64,000 nt of DNA from Ignavibacteriales bacterium (GTDB lineage Bacteria > Bacteroidota > Ignavibacteria > UBA10030 > UBA6906): positions 8,144 through 72,143 of the forward strand of contig JBBIRR010000019.1 in assembly GCA_037441705.1 (NCBI GenBank), in the 5' to 3' direction. The translations under genes and the position numbers were made by a program. Each line of letters opens with the position of its first letter. Position 1 is the first letter of the stretch. Shown here one piece after another: positions 8,973 through 19,795 of the stretch. Below the pieces are notes generated by a model that saw only the letters and a list, made by a program, of their open reading frames with translations, was not told the origin of the DNA and ran no database searches.

Positions 8973-11900
8973 TCACTGAATAGCGATGTGAATGTCCAGC
9001 CCCGCTTCGTTCATCGTGCTGCCGGGAATGCGTGAGCCTTGTGCGTCCGGGGTGATTTTGGTGTGCCGGTAGTACACCGAAGCATTGACCCGCTGGCTGA
9101 GCACATATTTGATGCGCGGCTCGAGCGTCGTTCTCGTCGAGCCTTCCATCGGCGTTCCTTCCGTGTTCAAGTCGAGCTTGGCGATCTCGTACTGACGCTG
9201 GGAATTTTTGGTGAGGGAGTAAGAAGCGTTGATTTCCAGGTCATTGCTGAGGGACAGCCCGAACAGCGGGATCTCGAAGCCGCGGCGCGAGTACGATGCC
9301 GTGATGGAGATTTCCTGCGAGAGCGTTTGCACGATGTTCGGCGACGACGCTGCGCGATCCCACGTGGTTGTCGTGTTATAGCGAACGTTTGCACCGAGGT
9401 TCCCTTTCAACAACTCCTTGAACGTGAAGTTGAGTGCGAACAACGGCGCGAAGCCATACGTCACGCGCTGGGTTTCCGTCCGCTCGCCTCCCCCGCCGGG
9501 CCTGTTCGAAAAGGCACGCGTGTAGGTCGAGTTGTAGGCGTGATCAAGCGACAGCCTGCTGACAAATCCCGAAAACATGGGCAGGCGTTCGAGGCCATCC
9601 CAGCGGAACGTCCAGTTGACGCGCGGGGTGAACTTGCCGAAGATTTTTCTGAAGATCGGCAATGCCTCGAAGCCTTCCTCGAAGGCTTTCGCCAGTTTCT
9701 CGTCGTTGGCTGACGTGTCGGCCTTATTTGCCTTGAGCTGCGCGTAGCGCTTGCCGACCTCTTTAATGTCGCTCTTGAACATGCCGAGGAACAACACGTT
9801 GGGGAATGTGAGGAAGGAACGGTCAACACTTCCCTGCGTACTCAACACCGGCAGTCCCTGCGTACCGGTGCGAATGATGCGCCCGAGAGAATCCGTCGTA
9901 ATGTTCTCGGTGCTGGAGAACGACCAGCCGACGTTCCAGTTCAGGTCGAGGCGCGCACCTTCCCACAGCGAGCGTGTCGTCTTGAACGTGAGGCGATTTG
10001 TTTGACGGAATTGGTTGGACAGCGAACCGTTGGGCGCGCGGATCCCCGGCTCCACATCCCAGCCGAAGAAGGGAAACTTCGAACGCGTCCCGAAGTTCAC
10101 CAGCCTCCCATGCGGATCGGAAATGAGGCCGAGCTGGTAAAGCCGCGACGGCCCATACTTGGGGTCGGCGTCCTGAAAGAACGGAACGCGTCCCCAGAAA
10201 TTCACGAAGCCCGGCCTGCCCACCACGCCGCTGTTCGAGTTCACGTTGGTTTGCGAGAAGGTGATGTTGACATTCTCGTAGTCGAGCAGCGGAACCTTGA
10301 TAAACAGTTTGGCCAGCTGCTTCAACTGATCGAAGGTCTTTGCCAGCCCACCCGGGCCTTGTGTCGTATCCGGCATCTCCTCCCGACCTGTCGTGTCCGC
10401 TGCCGCGGGCTGCCCTCCTTCGGACTCCTCGCTTTCACGCGGACGGCGTGCAGGGCGCTGCGCGACCGTACCCGACGGGGCGGCCTTGTCTTCTGCAAAG
10501 AGCGGATCGAACAAGGCCTTGAGCTTGAGATTGATCGAAGAGTTTATCGTGTTGCTCCATCCTGCCGATTTCCCCAGGTCCCCGCCCGTCAGAGCGTTCT
10601 GCCAGGTATAATCGACAGCATACCCGAACGAGAGATCAAGGTAGCGTCTGATGCCGAAGATGTTCGGAATCGTGGGACGCGTGTTGAATGTGTTGCGCTG
10701 CGAGTAGCGCGTGTCCTGCCCAAAATTGATTAAGGCGTTACTGAAAAAGATGTCGTCCAGAATGCGCGAGAACGGACGCTGACGCTTTGTTACCGGATCG
10801 GTCTCCAGATTCAGCAAGCTCGACTCGACGCTCAGCGTGTAGTCGCCCGACGGATTGAGCAGGCCGCCTTCACTGAACTTCCACCCGAAGCCGAAGCTGC
10901 GCGATGCGTTGAAGTTTCTGCTGATGAGTTCCTGCGCGCCGACCGCGCGCTGCAGCGAAACGTCGCGCGAACGATTGACCGTAAACGACCAGTTGAACGA
11001 CTGCGGAGCAAACCAGATTTTCACATCTTTGTACTCGTCGAGAAACCACAGCCCGCTGAACAAACTTTTGAAAGGCTGGAAGTAGTATTCGGGACTGAAC
11101 GAAAGCTGATAGCCGATCCGCGCGCTCCACTGCCACGAGAGGCGCCGGATCGTCAACGGGCTGCGTTCCCGTGACTTCGTGTAGTTGAAGGCAAACGTAA
11201 GCTTGTTCCATGTGTCGCGAATCCACCACGCATCGGAGGGAATGCCGATACGGAAATTGGGGGCAGCCCACGTGTCGGTGGTGCGGTAGGTTTCGGAGGT
11301 GCGTGTCAGTTCGGCCGCGGCTGCATCGGCATCGGCTTGCGAGAACCCGAGGGCGAGTAGACGTTCACGCTCCAACCGCGCGGCCTCGCTCACGAGGATA
11401 TCCGAGTTCGGCAGGTATTGCGGCTTCACAAGGTTCTCGGAGTGGGTGTAGGAAATCGGCAGCGACGTGCCAGCCCATTCTGCCGGAAAGAATTTTCCTA
11501 ATTCCATGTTCGCGCTGATTGCCCAATTGGTGCCCAACTGCCGCGAGCCGAAGCGTTGTTCAAGTGAATGAAAATGCGGATCAACGCGCGAATAGTTGAA
11601 CGCAACCGCGCCGATGTCCGCAAGTTTCAGATTGGCGTCAAACCGATATGCCCATCCGGGTGAATCGTCCACGTCAATGACACGCAGCTCGTTCACCCAC
11701 ACTTCTCCAAAGAGCGGCCGGGTCGTTCCCTTGCCGGCGGGATTCGTCACGCCAACCGCCATGTAGCGGACTTGCGTGAGCGAGGGATTGCCCAGAACAC
11801 GATAGACGGCACCCGGCGGCCCGCCCGGCACAGGAAACGCTCGCGAAATCACGTTGGCCGAATCCCGTCCCTGCTTGATGGCCGTCAGGTCTTCAAAGCG

Positions 11901-14900
11901 AATCTCCACGTTGTTCAACGGGTCCCAGCCCCGATCCGCTTCGGAAGGAGGAACGCTGGCCGGATGAATCGGTGCTCGATACTCGTAGAAGTTCAACGAA
12001 TCCGCCCCGAAGCGGAAAAAGAACTCCGCGTCGTAATTGCTGGTGTCGACGTAGGCAAAGCGCGGATCGCCGTGCACGAACATCTTCATCTTCTTGTAGT
12101 AGAAGAGATCGAGCGGGCGATAGTTGTACTGCTTGTACGCATAGCGCGATTCGCCGTCGGGCAGGCCTTTGAGCACGAGCGCCAGCGATTGCTCATTGGC
12201 CTGAATGTCTTCATCGGGGCGTGTCTTGTCGCGTTCACGAATGACCCCGGGCGGCGAAAGATAGACATCCGAATTCTCCTCGACGCCAACAACGGTCACC
12301 TGCAGCGTCGTGTCTTCCTTGCGCAGCTCTTGCCACTGGTTGCCCACCAGCCCGAAGTCCGCAATGCGGATGGCGATCGTATCCTGCGCGTTCTGGAATG
12401 ATACACGAATGAACTCCACATTCTGGAACGTCGGCGACCCCACCCGCAGCAGCGTGTCCTGAATCGGAATCCGGAATTGGTAGTACGTACTGCCACGCAG
12501 TCCGCCGCCCACAATGCGCGGGTTGCGCGCCCGTACCGTATCCAGCGACACCTCGTAGCGGAAGTAGGAATTGGCAAGATCGACGATGCCGTTGGTGTTC
12601 AAGTCCTCCGTATCCGGATAGCGCCCGTTCTCTGCCTGGGCGTTCCGTTCGGTTCCATTCACCTTCATGTAATCGTTCGGGATGATCTGACCGCTGCCGC
12701 GCCCCCAATTATCGCCGGAGGGGTCCCCATCGTTCCGCAGGTTCCCGTAGCGCTGCAACTCCTCTTGATCAGACATCATGTCCAGACCCACATCTTCCCA
12801 CGGCTGCAAGCTGTTGTTGATGAAGGTGCTGGGTGGAACGAGGTCTTCGGTGTTAAGCGAGTTGTTGGGAATCGCGTCTTCACTGATCGAACCGAGGTCA
12901 ATGTACATCTTTGCTGGGATGGCGCCTCCGGGTCGAAGCACCTCCATCCAGATTTCGATGAAGCTGATGTTCTCCGTGATGAGATTTGTTCCGGAGATAG
13001 AAATGGGCCGCATGATGCCGCCCCAGTTGCGATCAAGACGCAGCGTCGAGTCGAGATTCGGGCTGTAGTTGTACATGCCTCGTTGTCGGGGGAAATACCA
13101 CACGTCCATCACATTCAGTCTGTTGCTTGCCGCGCCGCCCGCTTTGCGATCGGGATAGACATCGGTCTGCCGAACCTGATTGAACAGAGTGTACCAGACG
13201 GTGTTGGCCTTCGCGTACATCTTTGCTGAATCGGGTGTGCCCGGCGGAAACAGTGTCGTGTCCGCCGGCGGACTGGGCTGGAACCAGCTCGCGTAGTTGG
13301 CACCAAAAGGTATGGTTCGCCGCGCACCTTCGAAGTCATCAATGTACGCGATGCCCGCACCGAAATCGCTGGAGATCGTACTCTTTTTGGTGTTCGGGTC
13401 GGGAATCATATACGCCGCTTCACCGGAAATCCGCAGGTCGGACATCTCGCGGGTCTGAATGCCGGGCAGGCCATCCAACGCGCTGGTCAGGAACGGAAGC
13501 TTGAATGACGTCTGCCCGTCAATACCGAGGATGGTGTTGTTGTTCGGCTCCTCTCCCAGTCGCACCTTGTCGCTCAGCGTCTGCTGGTTCAGGTTCATGA
13601 GCGTGAAGCCGATGTTTGTTGTGGGAGAGATCGCCAAATCACCGCGCGCCCCTAATAGGGTTTTTGAGGCAAGCTGGAAGAGATCATTCTGTTCGTACTT
13701 GATCTGGAGGTTCGCGCCCGGAACAAGCGCCGACGCTTTCCGAATCACAACTTCGCCAACGATGTAGTCTACCGTGTAGTCAATGTTCGGCGTGAGGAGC
13801 TGACCGTTCTCATACACACGCACGCTTCCTTCCACCACGTTGAAGCCCAACTGATACTTCGAGCTTGTCTCTCCCGTTGCCTTTCCTTTGATCAAATACC
13901 GATTCGCGACTGCGCGCTGCGCTTCGGTCTTGGTGGTATCGTAGATTTCTTTAAACACCAACGAATCTCGTAACTCCGGGCGACCCGTGCTGTCAAGAAA
14001 ACGGCCGATGCCGGTTTCGAATGGCCGGAGATAGGGGAAAATAATTTCTGCCCGTGCAGGGTTGATCGTGAAGTTGCGGCCCGTTCTGAAATCGAAGAGA
14101 TTATCGGGTTCGCGCTGACCGCTGGCATTATAGCGATCGAGACCAAGAATCCGCAGCAGCGGCACTCCGAACAGCGAGTTCTCGTCCTGACCACCATAGA
14201 TCCGACGATACACGTCCAGCTCGAAGCCCGCCTCCTTTACATTCCTTCCTCCGATCGAATAGACATTCTTCAAAAGCAGATTCCATGCCGTACGATAGGT
14301 TGGGCCAACGGAGTGCAGGTTCCGCGGCTTGAGCATCTTCAGAACGAGTCTCCGGCTCGTGTCGGCCGTTGCAGGATTATTGATCGTCAATTCTCCCCAC
14401 TGTTGGGTTGATGTTCGATAGGCAATAGCAACGATCTGGACATCTTGAATATTCTGATTCAGCGCTATGACGCCGATGTAGCCATCGCCCAACAATTCAT
14501 ACTGTGAACGATCGAGGCGCACAAATCGCCCGAACTCCACGCTGCCTGGAATTTCGTTCTCAGGATTGCGCAGAGAATCTCCGTAATCAGTCTGCCCAGC
14601 CGGCCTATCGGGGAGCGTGATGTGAGCAACGCCGTTGCGAGCAATCGCCGCCTGCGTCTGATCGTTCCCAAGGAACGACACCCATACTTCTTCATCGTAG
14701 ATCTTGAACGCTTCATTCGCCGTCGGAATCTCGGCTTGGAACCAGGGCTCGAACAAGGGAATGTATCGCTCGTCCACAAAATAATAGTTCGTGGAATAGT
14801 TCCACGCTTGAATCTCGAACGGAATATCCTGCGCGCCGCCCGATGCCGTCACCTCCTTGATCTGTCCCTTCTTTTGCGAAGCGAGTGTCGTGAGGGTGAA

Positions 14901-15977
14901 GGGTCCCGCCTGCATCTTCGCTTTGATGCCGAAGAGCGCAGCGCTGCTGCCGATGAACGTGGACGGGGTTTGCAGCGAAACGTTTCCCGCCTCAACACTC
15001 TGCACAATCTCGTCGTCGTAGCCCGTGTACTTGATCTTCAATTGGTTTTCGTACTCGAACGTCCGCTGCGTGTTCCAGTCGGCAAGGATGTTCAGCTTGT
15101 CGCCGATGGTGCCGTTGACCGCCACCTGCACTTCCTGGTTGAAGTCAGGCTCGTTGCGGGACTGATCGAGGAAATTCGCCGTCACCTGATCGCTTTTGGT
15201 GTTGCGGAAGCCGGCGCGGATATCCACTGCCCCGCTGATCTGCAGATTGATCTCGGGCTTGCCGAAGATGCTGAAGATCGGATTGGCGGGAATGGGAATC
15301 TGAATTTTGGTAAAGGTGGAGAAGACATCACCGATGTCGCGCTTGCCCTGCAGGACCCTGGGCTTGCGCGCTTCATCGGCCAGAAGCTTGCGCTCCTCGT
15401 ACTTCAAGCGCTCTCGAATGTACTCCTTCATCGAGAGGGTCAGAGGAATCTTCACATCAACTCCCCCAACAGTCTCACGGAAGGTTACCGTGGAAGCGAT
15501 AGAATCCGTCGTTACTTCGCGTCGGACGACGGAGGGCGGCGGCTCGGCGAACAGCGGATAGACGCGATCGGGAAACAATTGTACGTGCGGCACGTCTCGC
15601 CGCTGATACTTCCAGTGTTCAAGGCGCGCCGTCGAATCGAGATACACCACCCAGGTGGAATCTTCGGCAAGAGCTTGCTTGGCGCGAGGCCCGCCGGGGG
15701 TTGAGGTGAACTGTCCCGACGCGCCGCCCGTACTGCGGCCGCCTAAACGTGACCGGCCGGAGGGTTGCTGGGTTGGCGTGCGTACATCTTCACCCTTCGG
15801 GATCGTGTCGGCAGGCGCCGGCTCGAACCCTGCTTCGGTGAGCGCGCGGAATGAACCTTCGGAGATGCCCGGCGAAAAGACGATCAACGCCGCGAGCAAA
15901 AGCGGGCCAACAAGGAGGACAATACCGATACTGTGAGGCCGTACGGCGTTGAGCCTACTGCGAAGAAATGAAACCAC
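8973..15977 (-). CDS. sprA: T9SS outer-membrane translocon SprA/Sov
   Basis: 2334 aa; GTIGDKL, FEYENQLKIKYTG..DEIVQSVEAGNVS, YIDDFEG, DTEDLN, VWVNELR. Confidence 0.93.
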   Translation of the reverse strand: MVSFLRSRLNAVRPHSIGIVLLVGPLLLAALIVFSPGISEGSFRALTEAGFEPAPADTIPKGEDVRTPTQQPSGRSRLGGRSTGGASGQFTSTPGGPRAKQALAEDSTWVVYLDSTARLEHWKYQRRDVPHVQLFPDRVYPLFAEPPPSVVRREVTTDSIASTVTFRETVGGVDVKIPLTLSMKEYIRERLKYEERKLLADEARKPRVLQGKRDIGDVFSTFTKIQIPIPANPIFSIFGKPEINLQISGAVDIRAGFRNTKSDQVTANFLDQSRNEPDFNQEVQVAVNGTIGDKLNILADWNTQRTFEYENQLKIKYTGYDDEIVQSVEAGNVSLQTPSTFIGSSAALFGIKAKMQAGPFTLTTLASQKKGQIKEVTASGGAQDIPFEIQAWNYSTNYYFVDERYIPLFEPWFQAEIPTANEAFKIYDEEVWVSFLGNDQTQAAIARNGVAHITLPDRPAGQTDYGDSLRNPENEIPGSVEFGRFVRLDRSQYELLGDGYIGVIALNQNIQDVQIVAIAYRTSTQQWGELTINNPATADTSRRLVLKMLKPRNLHSVGPTYRTAWNLLLKNVYSIGGRNVKEAGFELDVYRRIYGGQDENSLFGVPLLRILGLDRYNASGQREPDNLFDFRTGRNFTINPARAEIIFPYLRPFETGIGRFLDSTGRPELRDSLVFKEIYDTTKTEAQRAVANRYLIKGKATGETSSKYQLGFNVVEGSVRVYENGQLLTPNIDYTVDYIVGEVVIRKASALVPGANLQIKYEQNDLFQLASKTLLGARGDLAISPTTNIGFTLMNLNQQTLSDKVRLGEEPNNNTILGIDGQTSFKLPFLTSALDGLPGIQTREMSDLRISGEAAYMIPDPNTKKSTISSDFGAGIAYIDDFEGARRTIPFGANYASWFQPSPPADTTLFPPGTPDSAKMYAKANTVWYTLFNQVRQTDVYPDRKAGGAASNRLNVMDVWYFPRQRGMYNYSPNLDSTLRLDRNWGGIMRPISISGTNLITENISFIEIWMEVLRPGGAIPAKMYIDLGSISEDAIPNNSLNTEDLVPPSTFINNSLQPWEDVGLDMMSDQEELQRYGNLRNDGDPSGDNWGRGSGQIIPNDYMKVNGTERNAQAENGRYPDTEDLNTNGIVDLANSYFRYEVSLDTVRARNPRIVGGGLRGSTYYQFRIPIQDTLLRVGSPTFQNVEFIRVSFQNAQDTIAIRIADFGLVGNQWQELRKEDTTLQVTVVGVEENSDVYLSPPGVIRERDKTRPDEDIQANEQSLALVLKGLPDGESRYAYKQYNYRPLDLFYYKKMKMFVHGDPRFAYVDTSNYDAEFFFRFGADSLNFYEYRAPIHPASVPPSEADRGWDPLNNVEIRFEDLTAIKQGRDSANVISRAFPVPGGPPGAVYRVLGNPSLTQVRYMAVGVTNPAGKGTTRPLFGEVWVNELRVIDVDDSPGWAYRFDANLKLADIGAVAFNYSRVDPHFHSLEQRFGSRQLGTNWAISANMELGKFFPAEWAGTSLPISYTHSENLVKPQYLPNSDILVSEAARLERERLLALGFSQADADAAAAELTRTSETYRTTDTWAAPNFRIGIPSDAWWIRDTWNKLTFAFNYTKSRERSPLTIRRLSWQWSARIGYQLSFSPEYYFQPFKSLFSGLWFLDEYKDVKIWFAPQSFNWSFTVNRSRDVSLQRAVGAQELISRNFNASRSFGFGWKFSEGGLLNPSGDYTLSVESSLLNLETDPVTKRQRPFSRILDDIFFSNALINFGQDTRYSQRNTFNTRPTIPNIFGIRRYLDLSFGYAVDYTWQNALTGGDLGKSAGWSNTINSSINLKLKALFDPLFAEDKAAPSGTVAQRPARRPRESEESEGGQPAAADTTGREEMPDTTQGPGGLAKTFDQLKQLAKLFIKVPLLDYENVNITFSQTNVNSNSGVVGRPGFVNFWGRVPFFQDADPKYGPSRLYQLGLISDPHGRLVNFGTRSKFPFFGWDVEPGIRAPNGSLSNQFRQTNRLTFKTTRSLWEGARLDLNWNVGWSFSSTENITTDSLGRIIRTGTQGLPVLSTQGSVDRSFLTFPNVLFLGMFKSDIKEVGKRYAQLKANKADTSANDEKLAKAFEEGFEALPIFRKIFGKFTPRVNWTFRWDGLERLPMFSGFVSRLSLDHAYNSTYTRAFSNRPGGGGERTETQRVTYGFAPLFALNFTFKELLKGNLGANVRYNTTTTWDRAASSPNIVQTLSQEISITASYSRRGFEIPLFGLSLSNDLEINASYSLTKNSQRQYEIAKLDLNTEGTPMEGSTRTTLEPRIKYVLSQRVNASVYYRHTKITPDAQGSRIPGSTMNEAGLDIHIAIQ

Positions 15978-16173
15978 GTCGATTCTCGAGTATGTTATGC
16001 CGTCACCGGTGGACTATCAAGGATATACGATGGTGTCCAGCCTCCGCGTTTGCGGACCGGCCAGTGGTTGCGGTTCTTACCACACAAAACCAGCACCCTG
16101 GCGTCTCCAAGCATTAGCAGTGATCGATATGGTTCATCCTCCTTGAGTGTGGGGACCGAGAGTATACGCTCGG

Positions 16174-16212
16174 CTGGATAAACGTAGAGATTTAGGGCAT
16201 AAATATCAAGAA
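16174..16212 (-). promoter_or_regulatory. Sigma70-type promoter of the sprA-porX operon
   Basis: Minus strand TTGATA-N17-TACGTT; similar to porU promoter. Confidence 0.6.
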
Positions 16213-16309
16213 TGCAGCGGCCGCATGATCTTGTGGTGCACGGAAATGCGACGGCGCAGTAATCGCCTGCGTGTGTGGAGGAGATGCACCTCGTTTCGTA
16301 TATTGAAGC

Positions 16310-17770
16310 ATGAGGTCTCCCGTGTTTCCCCGACACATTGCGTTCTACATTCTGCGCGCCCATATCGGGCCGTTCTTCTTTTCGCTCGGCACGCTGATGT
16401 TTCTCTTTCTTCTTCAGTTCGTCATGAAGTTCATTGATCAGCTTGTCGGGAAGGGCCTCAGCGCGTGGACGATTCTGGAGCTGATTTCTCTCAACCTCGC
16501 CTGGATGGTGGTGCTCGCCGTACCGATGTCCGTGCTGGTGGCGGTGCTGATGGCCTTCGGCGACCTTTCCTCGAAGCACGAAGTCACCGCAATGAAAGCC
16601 AGCGGGGTCAGCATCTACCGCATGATGGCACCCGTCTTCATTGCTGCGGGCGGTCTGGCGATCCTGCTTGTTATGTTCAATAACGAAGTCCTGCCCGAGG
16701 CAAACCACAAAGCGAAGACGCTGACGATGGACATTCGTCGGAAGCGTCCCACCTTCAGCATCGTGGCCGGACTCTTCTCGCAAGAGATTCAGGGCTACAG
16801 CATTCTCGTGCATAAGACGTTCGAGAAGACGAACGATCTGGAGGGGATAACGCTGTACGACTACACCAATCCCAACTACAACATCGTGATCACTGCCAAG
16901 CGCGGCACCATCTCTCTCTCGCCCGATGCGCGCAAGCTGATCATGGATTTGCAGGATGGAGAGATTCATGAGTTGAATCTCGTCAACATGACGGAGTACA
17001 AGCGCATTCGCTTCCAGAAGCATCGCATCGTTACGGAAGTGGAAGGGTTCGGCTTCGAGCGGACGCAGGAAGGAGCGGTGATTCGCGGCGATCGCGAATT
17101 GAGTGCCTCGACCATGCGCGGCATCGTTGATAGCTTGCAGCGCGCGTTGCATACGATCGACTCGAGTCTTCAAACGTTCATCCGTCGCGACATGGAGACA
17201 TTGCTCACCGGCAAGGTCGTCCGCCCGAGTGCCCTCGCAGCGAGACCGGGCGGGTTCGCAAGCGGTCTGCAACCGCTGGCCAACCCCTCACCACCGATCG
17301 AAGGTTCCGAGCCGCCGGAATCTCGCGCCCGCATCCTGAGTTCGATGGTTCAGAGCGAGCTGCTGCGGATGGAATTCGTGCAGAAGCAGATTGATCAGTA
17401 TGAGGTGGAGATCCACAAAAAGTACGCGATTCCCGTCGCGTGCCTGGTGTTTGTGTTGGTAGGCATTCCGCTGGGCATCATGTCTCGCCGCGGCGGGTTC
17501 GGCATGGCGGCAACGCTCAGTCTCGGGTTCTTTCTTCTGTACTGGGCATGCCTCATCGGCGGAGAAAAACTTGCCGACCGGGGTATCCTCTCGCCGTTCT
17601 GGGGCATGTGGGCAGCCAATATCATCATCGGCATCGTGGGCATCCTGCTTACCGTGCGCAGCAACCGGGAAACCATCGTGCTGAATTTCGATTTCATTAC
17701 ACGGCGTCTTCCTCAGCGCTGGCAGCGGGCGCTTGCCGAATCGGAAGATGCGGTGAAGCAGCAGCCATGA
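16310..17770 (+). CDS. lptF: LPS export permease LptF
   Basis: LAVPMSVL, HEVTAMKASGVS, VEIHKKYAIP, GIPLG, WAANII. Confidence 0.88.
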   Translation: MRSPVFPRHIAFYILRAHIGPFFFSLGTLMFLFLLQFVMKFIDQLVGKGLSAWTILELISLNLAWMVVLAVPMSVLVAVLMAFGDLSSKHEVTAMKASGVSIYRMMAPVFIAAGGLAILLVMFNNEVLPEANHKAKTLTMDIRRKRPTFSIVAGLFSQEIQGYSILVHKTFEKTNDLEGITLYDYTNPNYNIVITAKRGTISLSPDARKLIMDLQDGEIHELNLVNMTEYKRIRFQKHRIVTEVEGFGFERTQEGAVIRGDRELSASTMRGIVDSLQRALHTIDSSLQTFIRRDMETLLTGKVVRPSALAARPGGFASGLQPLANPSPPIEGSEPPESRARILSSMVQSELLRMEFVQKQIDQYEVEIHKKYAIPVACLVFVLVGIPLGIMSRRGGFGMAATLSLGFFLLYWACLIGGEKLADRGILSPFWGMWAANIIIGIVGILLTVRSNRETIVLNFDFITRRLPQRWQRALAESEDAVKQQP

Positions 17771-18852
17771 AGCTTCTCGACCGCTACATCATCAAGCAAT
17801 TCCTCACAACGTCCTTCTTCGCGCTGCTGGCCGTGATTCTCATTTTTATTGTGATTGATGTGATGGAGAATCTCGGCGATTTCCTCGACCGCCAGGCAAC
17901 ACTGGAAGTTCTGGTCAAGTACTACATTTTTTTCATTCCGGAAATCATCAAACTCATCACGCCCGTCGCACTGTTATTGGGAAGTCTGTTCGTGACCGCA
18001 CGGCTTTCGACGCAAAACGAGTGGACGGCGATGAAGTCGGGGGGTGTTAGTTTGTACCGGCTGATCGTCCCCTATCTTGTCGTCGCGCTCGTGGTCAGCG
18101 CGGCGTCGGTTTACTTTAACGGCTGGATTGTGCCGAAGGCCAACAAGAAGAAACTGACGATCGAACGAGTCTATCTGAACAAGAACACCATCAGCGGGTC
18201 GGGCGCGAACATCTACGTGCAGGACTCGCCGACCCGCATCCTCTCGATCGGCTATTTCGACGACACGCGCGAGACGGCGAGCCGCGTCAGCATACAGGAT
18301 TTCAGCGACACCAACGCCACCATTCTTGTCGCCCGTGTCGATGCGCAGACGATGGAATGGGATTCGGTCGGGCGCCGCTGGTTGCTCCGCTCAGGCGTCC
18401 GCCGATGGTTTACCAACGACAAGGAATCGATCGAGAAGTTCGACCTTCAGCCGGCAGGCACACTCCATTTCAATCCCGATGACCTCCGGAAGAAACAGGA
18501 ACAGCCGGACGAAATGGAATATGAAACGATGAGACAGTTCATCGAGAACCAACGCCGCGCAGGGCAGGATGTCTCACGCTGGCTTGTGGATTTCTACAGC
18601 AAGATATCGTTCCCGTTTGCGTCGGTGATTGTAGTGTTGTTCGGCGTGCCGTTCGCATCGGTGAAGCGGCGGGGCGGCATCGGCGTGCAGTTGGGCGTGT
18701 CGCTTCTCATCGCCTTCATCTACCTCATTTTTCTGAAGGTGAGCCAGGTCTTCGGCTACAACGGCGACATCCATCCTCTGCTTACGGCATGGATGGCCAA
18801 TCTTCTCTTCCTCATCGGCGCAGTGTATGTCACGCTGCGCGTCCCGAAGTAA
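17767..18852 (+). CDS. lptG: LPS export permease LptG
   Basis: MKLLDRYI, NEWTAMKSGGVS, KISFPFA, AWMAN; ATGA overlap with lptF. Confidence 0.88.
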   Translation: MKLLDRYIIKQFLTTSFFALLAVILIFIVIDVMENLGDFLDRQATLEVLVKYYIFFIPEIIKLITPVALLLGSLFVTARLSTQNEWTAMKSGGVSLYRLIVPYLVVALVVSAASVYFNGWIVPKANKKKLTIERVYLNKNTISGSGANIYVQDSPTRILSIGYFDDTRETASRVSIQDFSDTNATILVARVDAQTMEWDSVGRRWLLRSGVRRWFTNDKESIEKFDLQPAGTLHFNPDDLRKKQEQPDEMEYETMRQFIENQRRAGQDVSRWLVDFYSKISFPFASVIVVLFGVPFASVKRRGGIGVQLGVSLLIAFIYLIFLKVSQVFGYNGDIHPLLTAWMANLLFLIGAVYVTLRVPK

Positions 18853-19782
18853 TCAGAAGCGATATTCCGCGCGTACGACAGGAACCTCGGTCATTCCCCC
18901 ATCCGTCGGAACGCGCTGCATGCGCACCGAGGCGTGCACGTTCCGGTTGTACGACCCCGCCGACCATGCAGCATCGAGCGCGCTCAGCACGTGATTGACG
19001 ATGGCAACGGTAACGAACGTTGTCGCCTTGGTGTAGAAGTCATTGGCCTTGCCGCGCTCGGCCGCGTAGTACCGGAAATTGGGTGTCACATTCGTTTCGC
19101 TGTAAATGTACGGAAGCTCGGCATCGTCCCACCCCGGCGTGTACTGCGGGTACTTGCCGATCAGCTCGTAATACTGTTGCTCGCCGTAAGGCGGTAACGT
19201 GTGCGAGTAGTAGCGGCCGTTTGCCGTTCCGCTGATCTCACGCTCCAGACGATTCAGCAGATTCCAGTTGACCCGCTCCCACGGAGGATTCGTGCCCGGC
19301 GTAATGAGACCCGCGTACTCGTTCCACCGCTCCGTCGGAATGAAATACTCCAGCGAGAACTGCGCGTACTTGACAACGCTCCAATGCTCGTTCGCAAAGT
19401 TCTGGAAAAAATCCGTTTGCCGGTCTCCCTTCTTATCGAAGTGATACGCAAGCCCCCACGCCGCGACATCCACGGCGAGGAACAGCGCCGCTTTCCAGTA
19501 GCTCTCCGCGTAGAACTCTCCGGCGCCGGGGAGAATCAGCGACAGACCTGCGGCGAGCCACGGAGATTTTCGTGAAGGTGTCGGCTCGGCGGATTCTTGC
19601 AGTTGCGGCGTGAAGGCCAACTCCTGCTGGCCGAAGAAATCGGTCTGGAGATTTCCGGTCAGCGCAAGAGGCGTCTGGTGTTTCTCGCTCAAAACCACCG
19701 AACGCTGATGCTCGCCTGCCGTTGCCAGAAATGAACCGAGCGCAAGAGCGCCAATCAGCCCCATCATCGAAGTTCTGCTCAT
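18853..19782 (-). CDS. Secreted/membrane hypothetical protein (DUF5683-like)
   Basis: Signal peptide; RKSPWLAAGLSLILPGAGEFY motif; NHVLSALDA. Confidence 0.6.
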   Translation of the reverse strand: MSRTSMMGLIGALALGSFLATAGEHQRSVVLSEKHQTPLALTGNLQTDFFGQQELAFTPQLQESAEPTPSRKSPWLAAGLSLILPGAGEFYAESYWKAALFLAVDVAAWGLAYHFDKKGDRQTDFFQNFANEHWSVVKYAQFSLEYFIPTERWNEYAGLITPGTNPPWERVNWNLLNRLEREISGTANGRYYSHTLPPYGEQQYYELIGKYPQYTPGWDDAELPYIYSETNVTPNFRYYAAERGKANDFYTKATTFVTVAIVNHVLSALDAAWSAGSYNRNVHASVRMQRVPTDGGMTEVPVVRAEYRF

Positions 19783-19795
19783 CTCTCTCTCCCGA

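Noticed and set aside
16113-16143. AAGGAGG followed by a tiny ORF (MNHIDHC*) in the sprA leader
   Set aside because: No spacing between the SD and the ATG, and no supporting attenuator structure seen.
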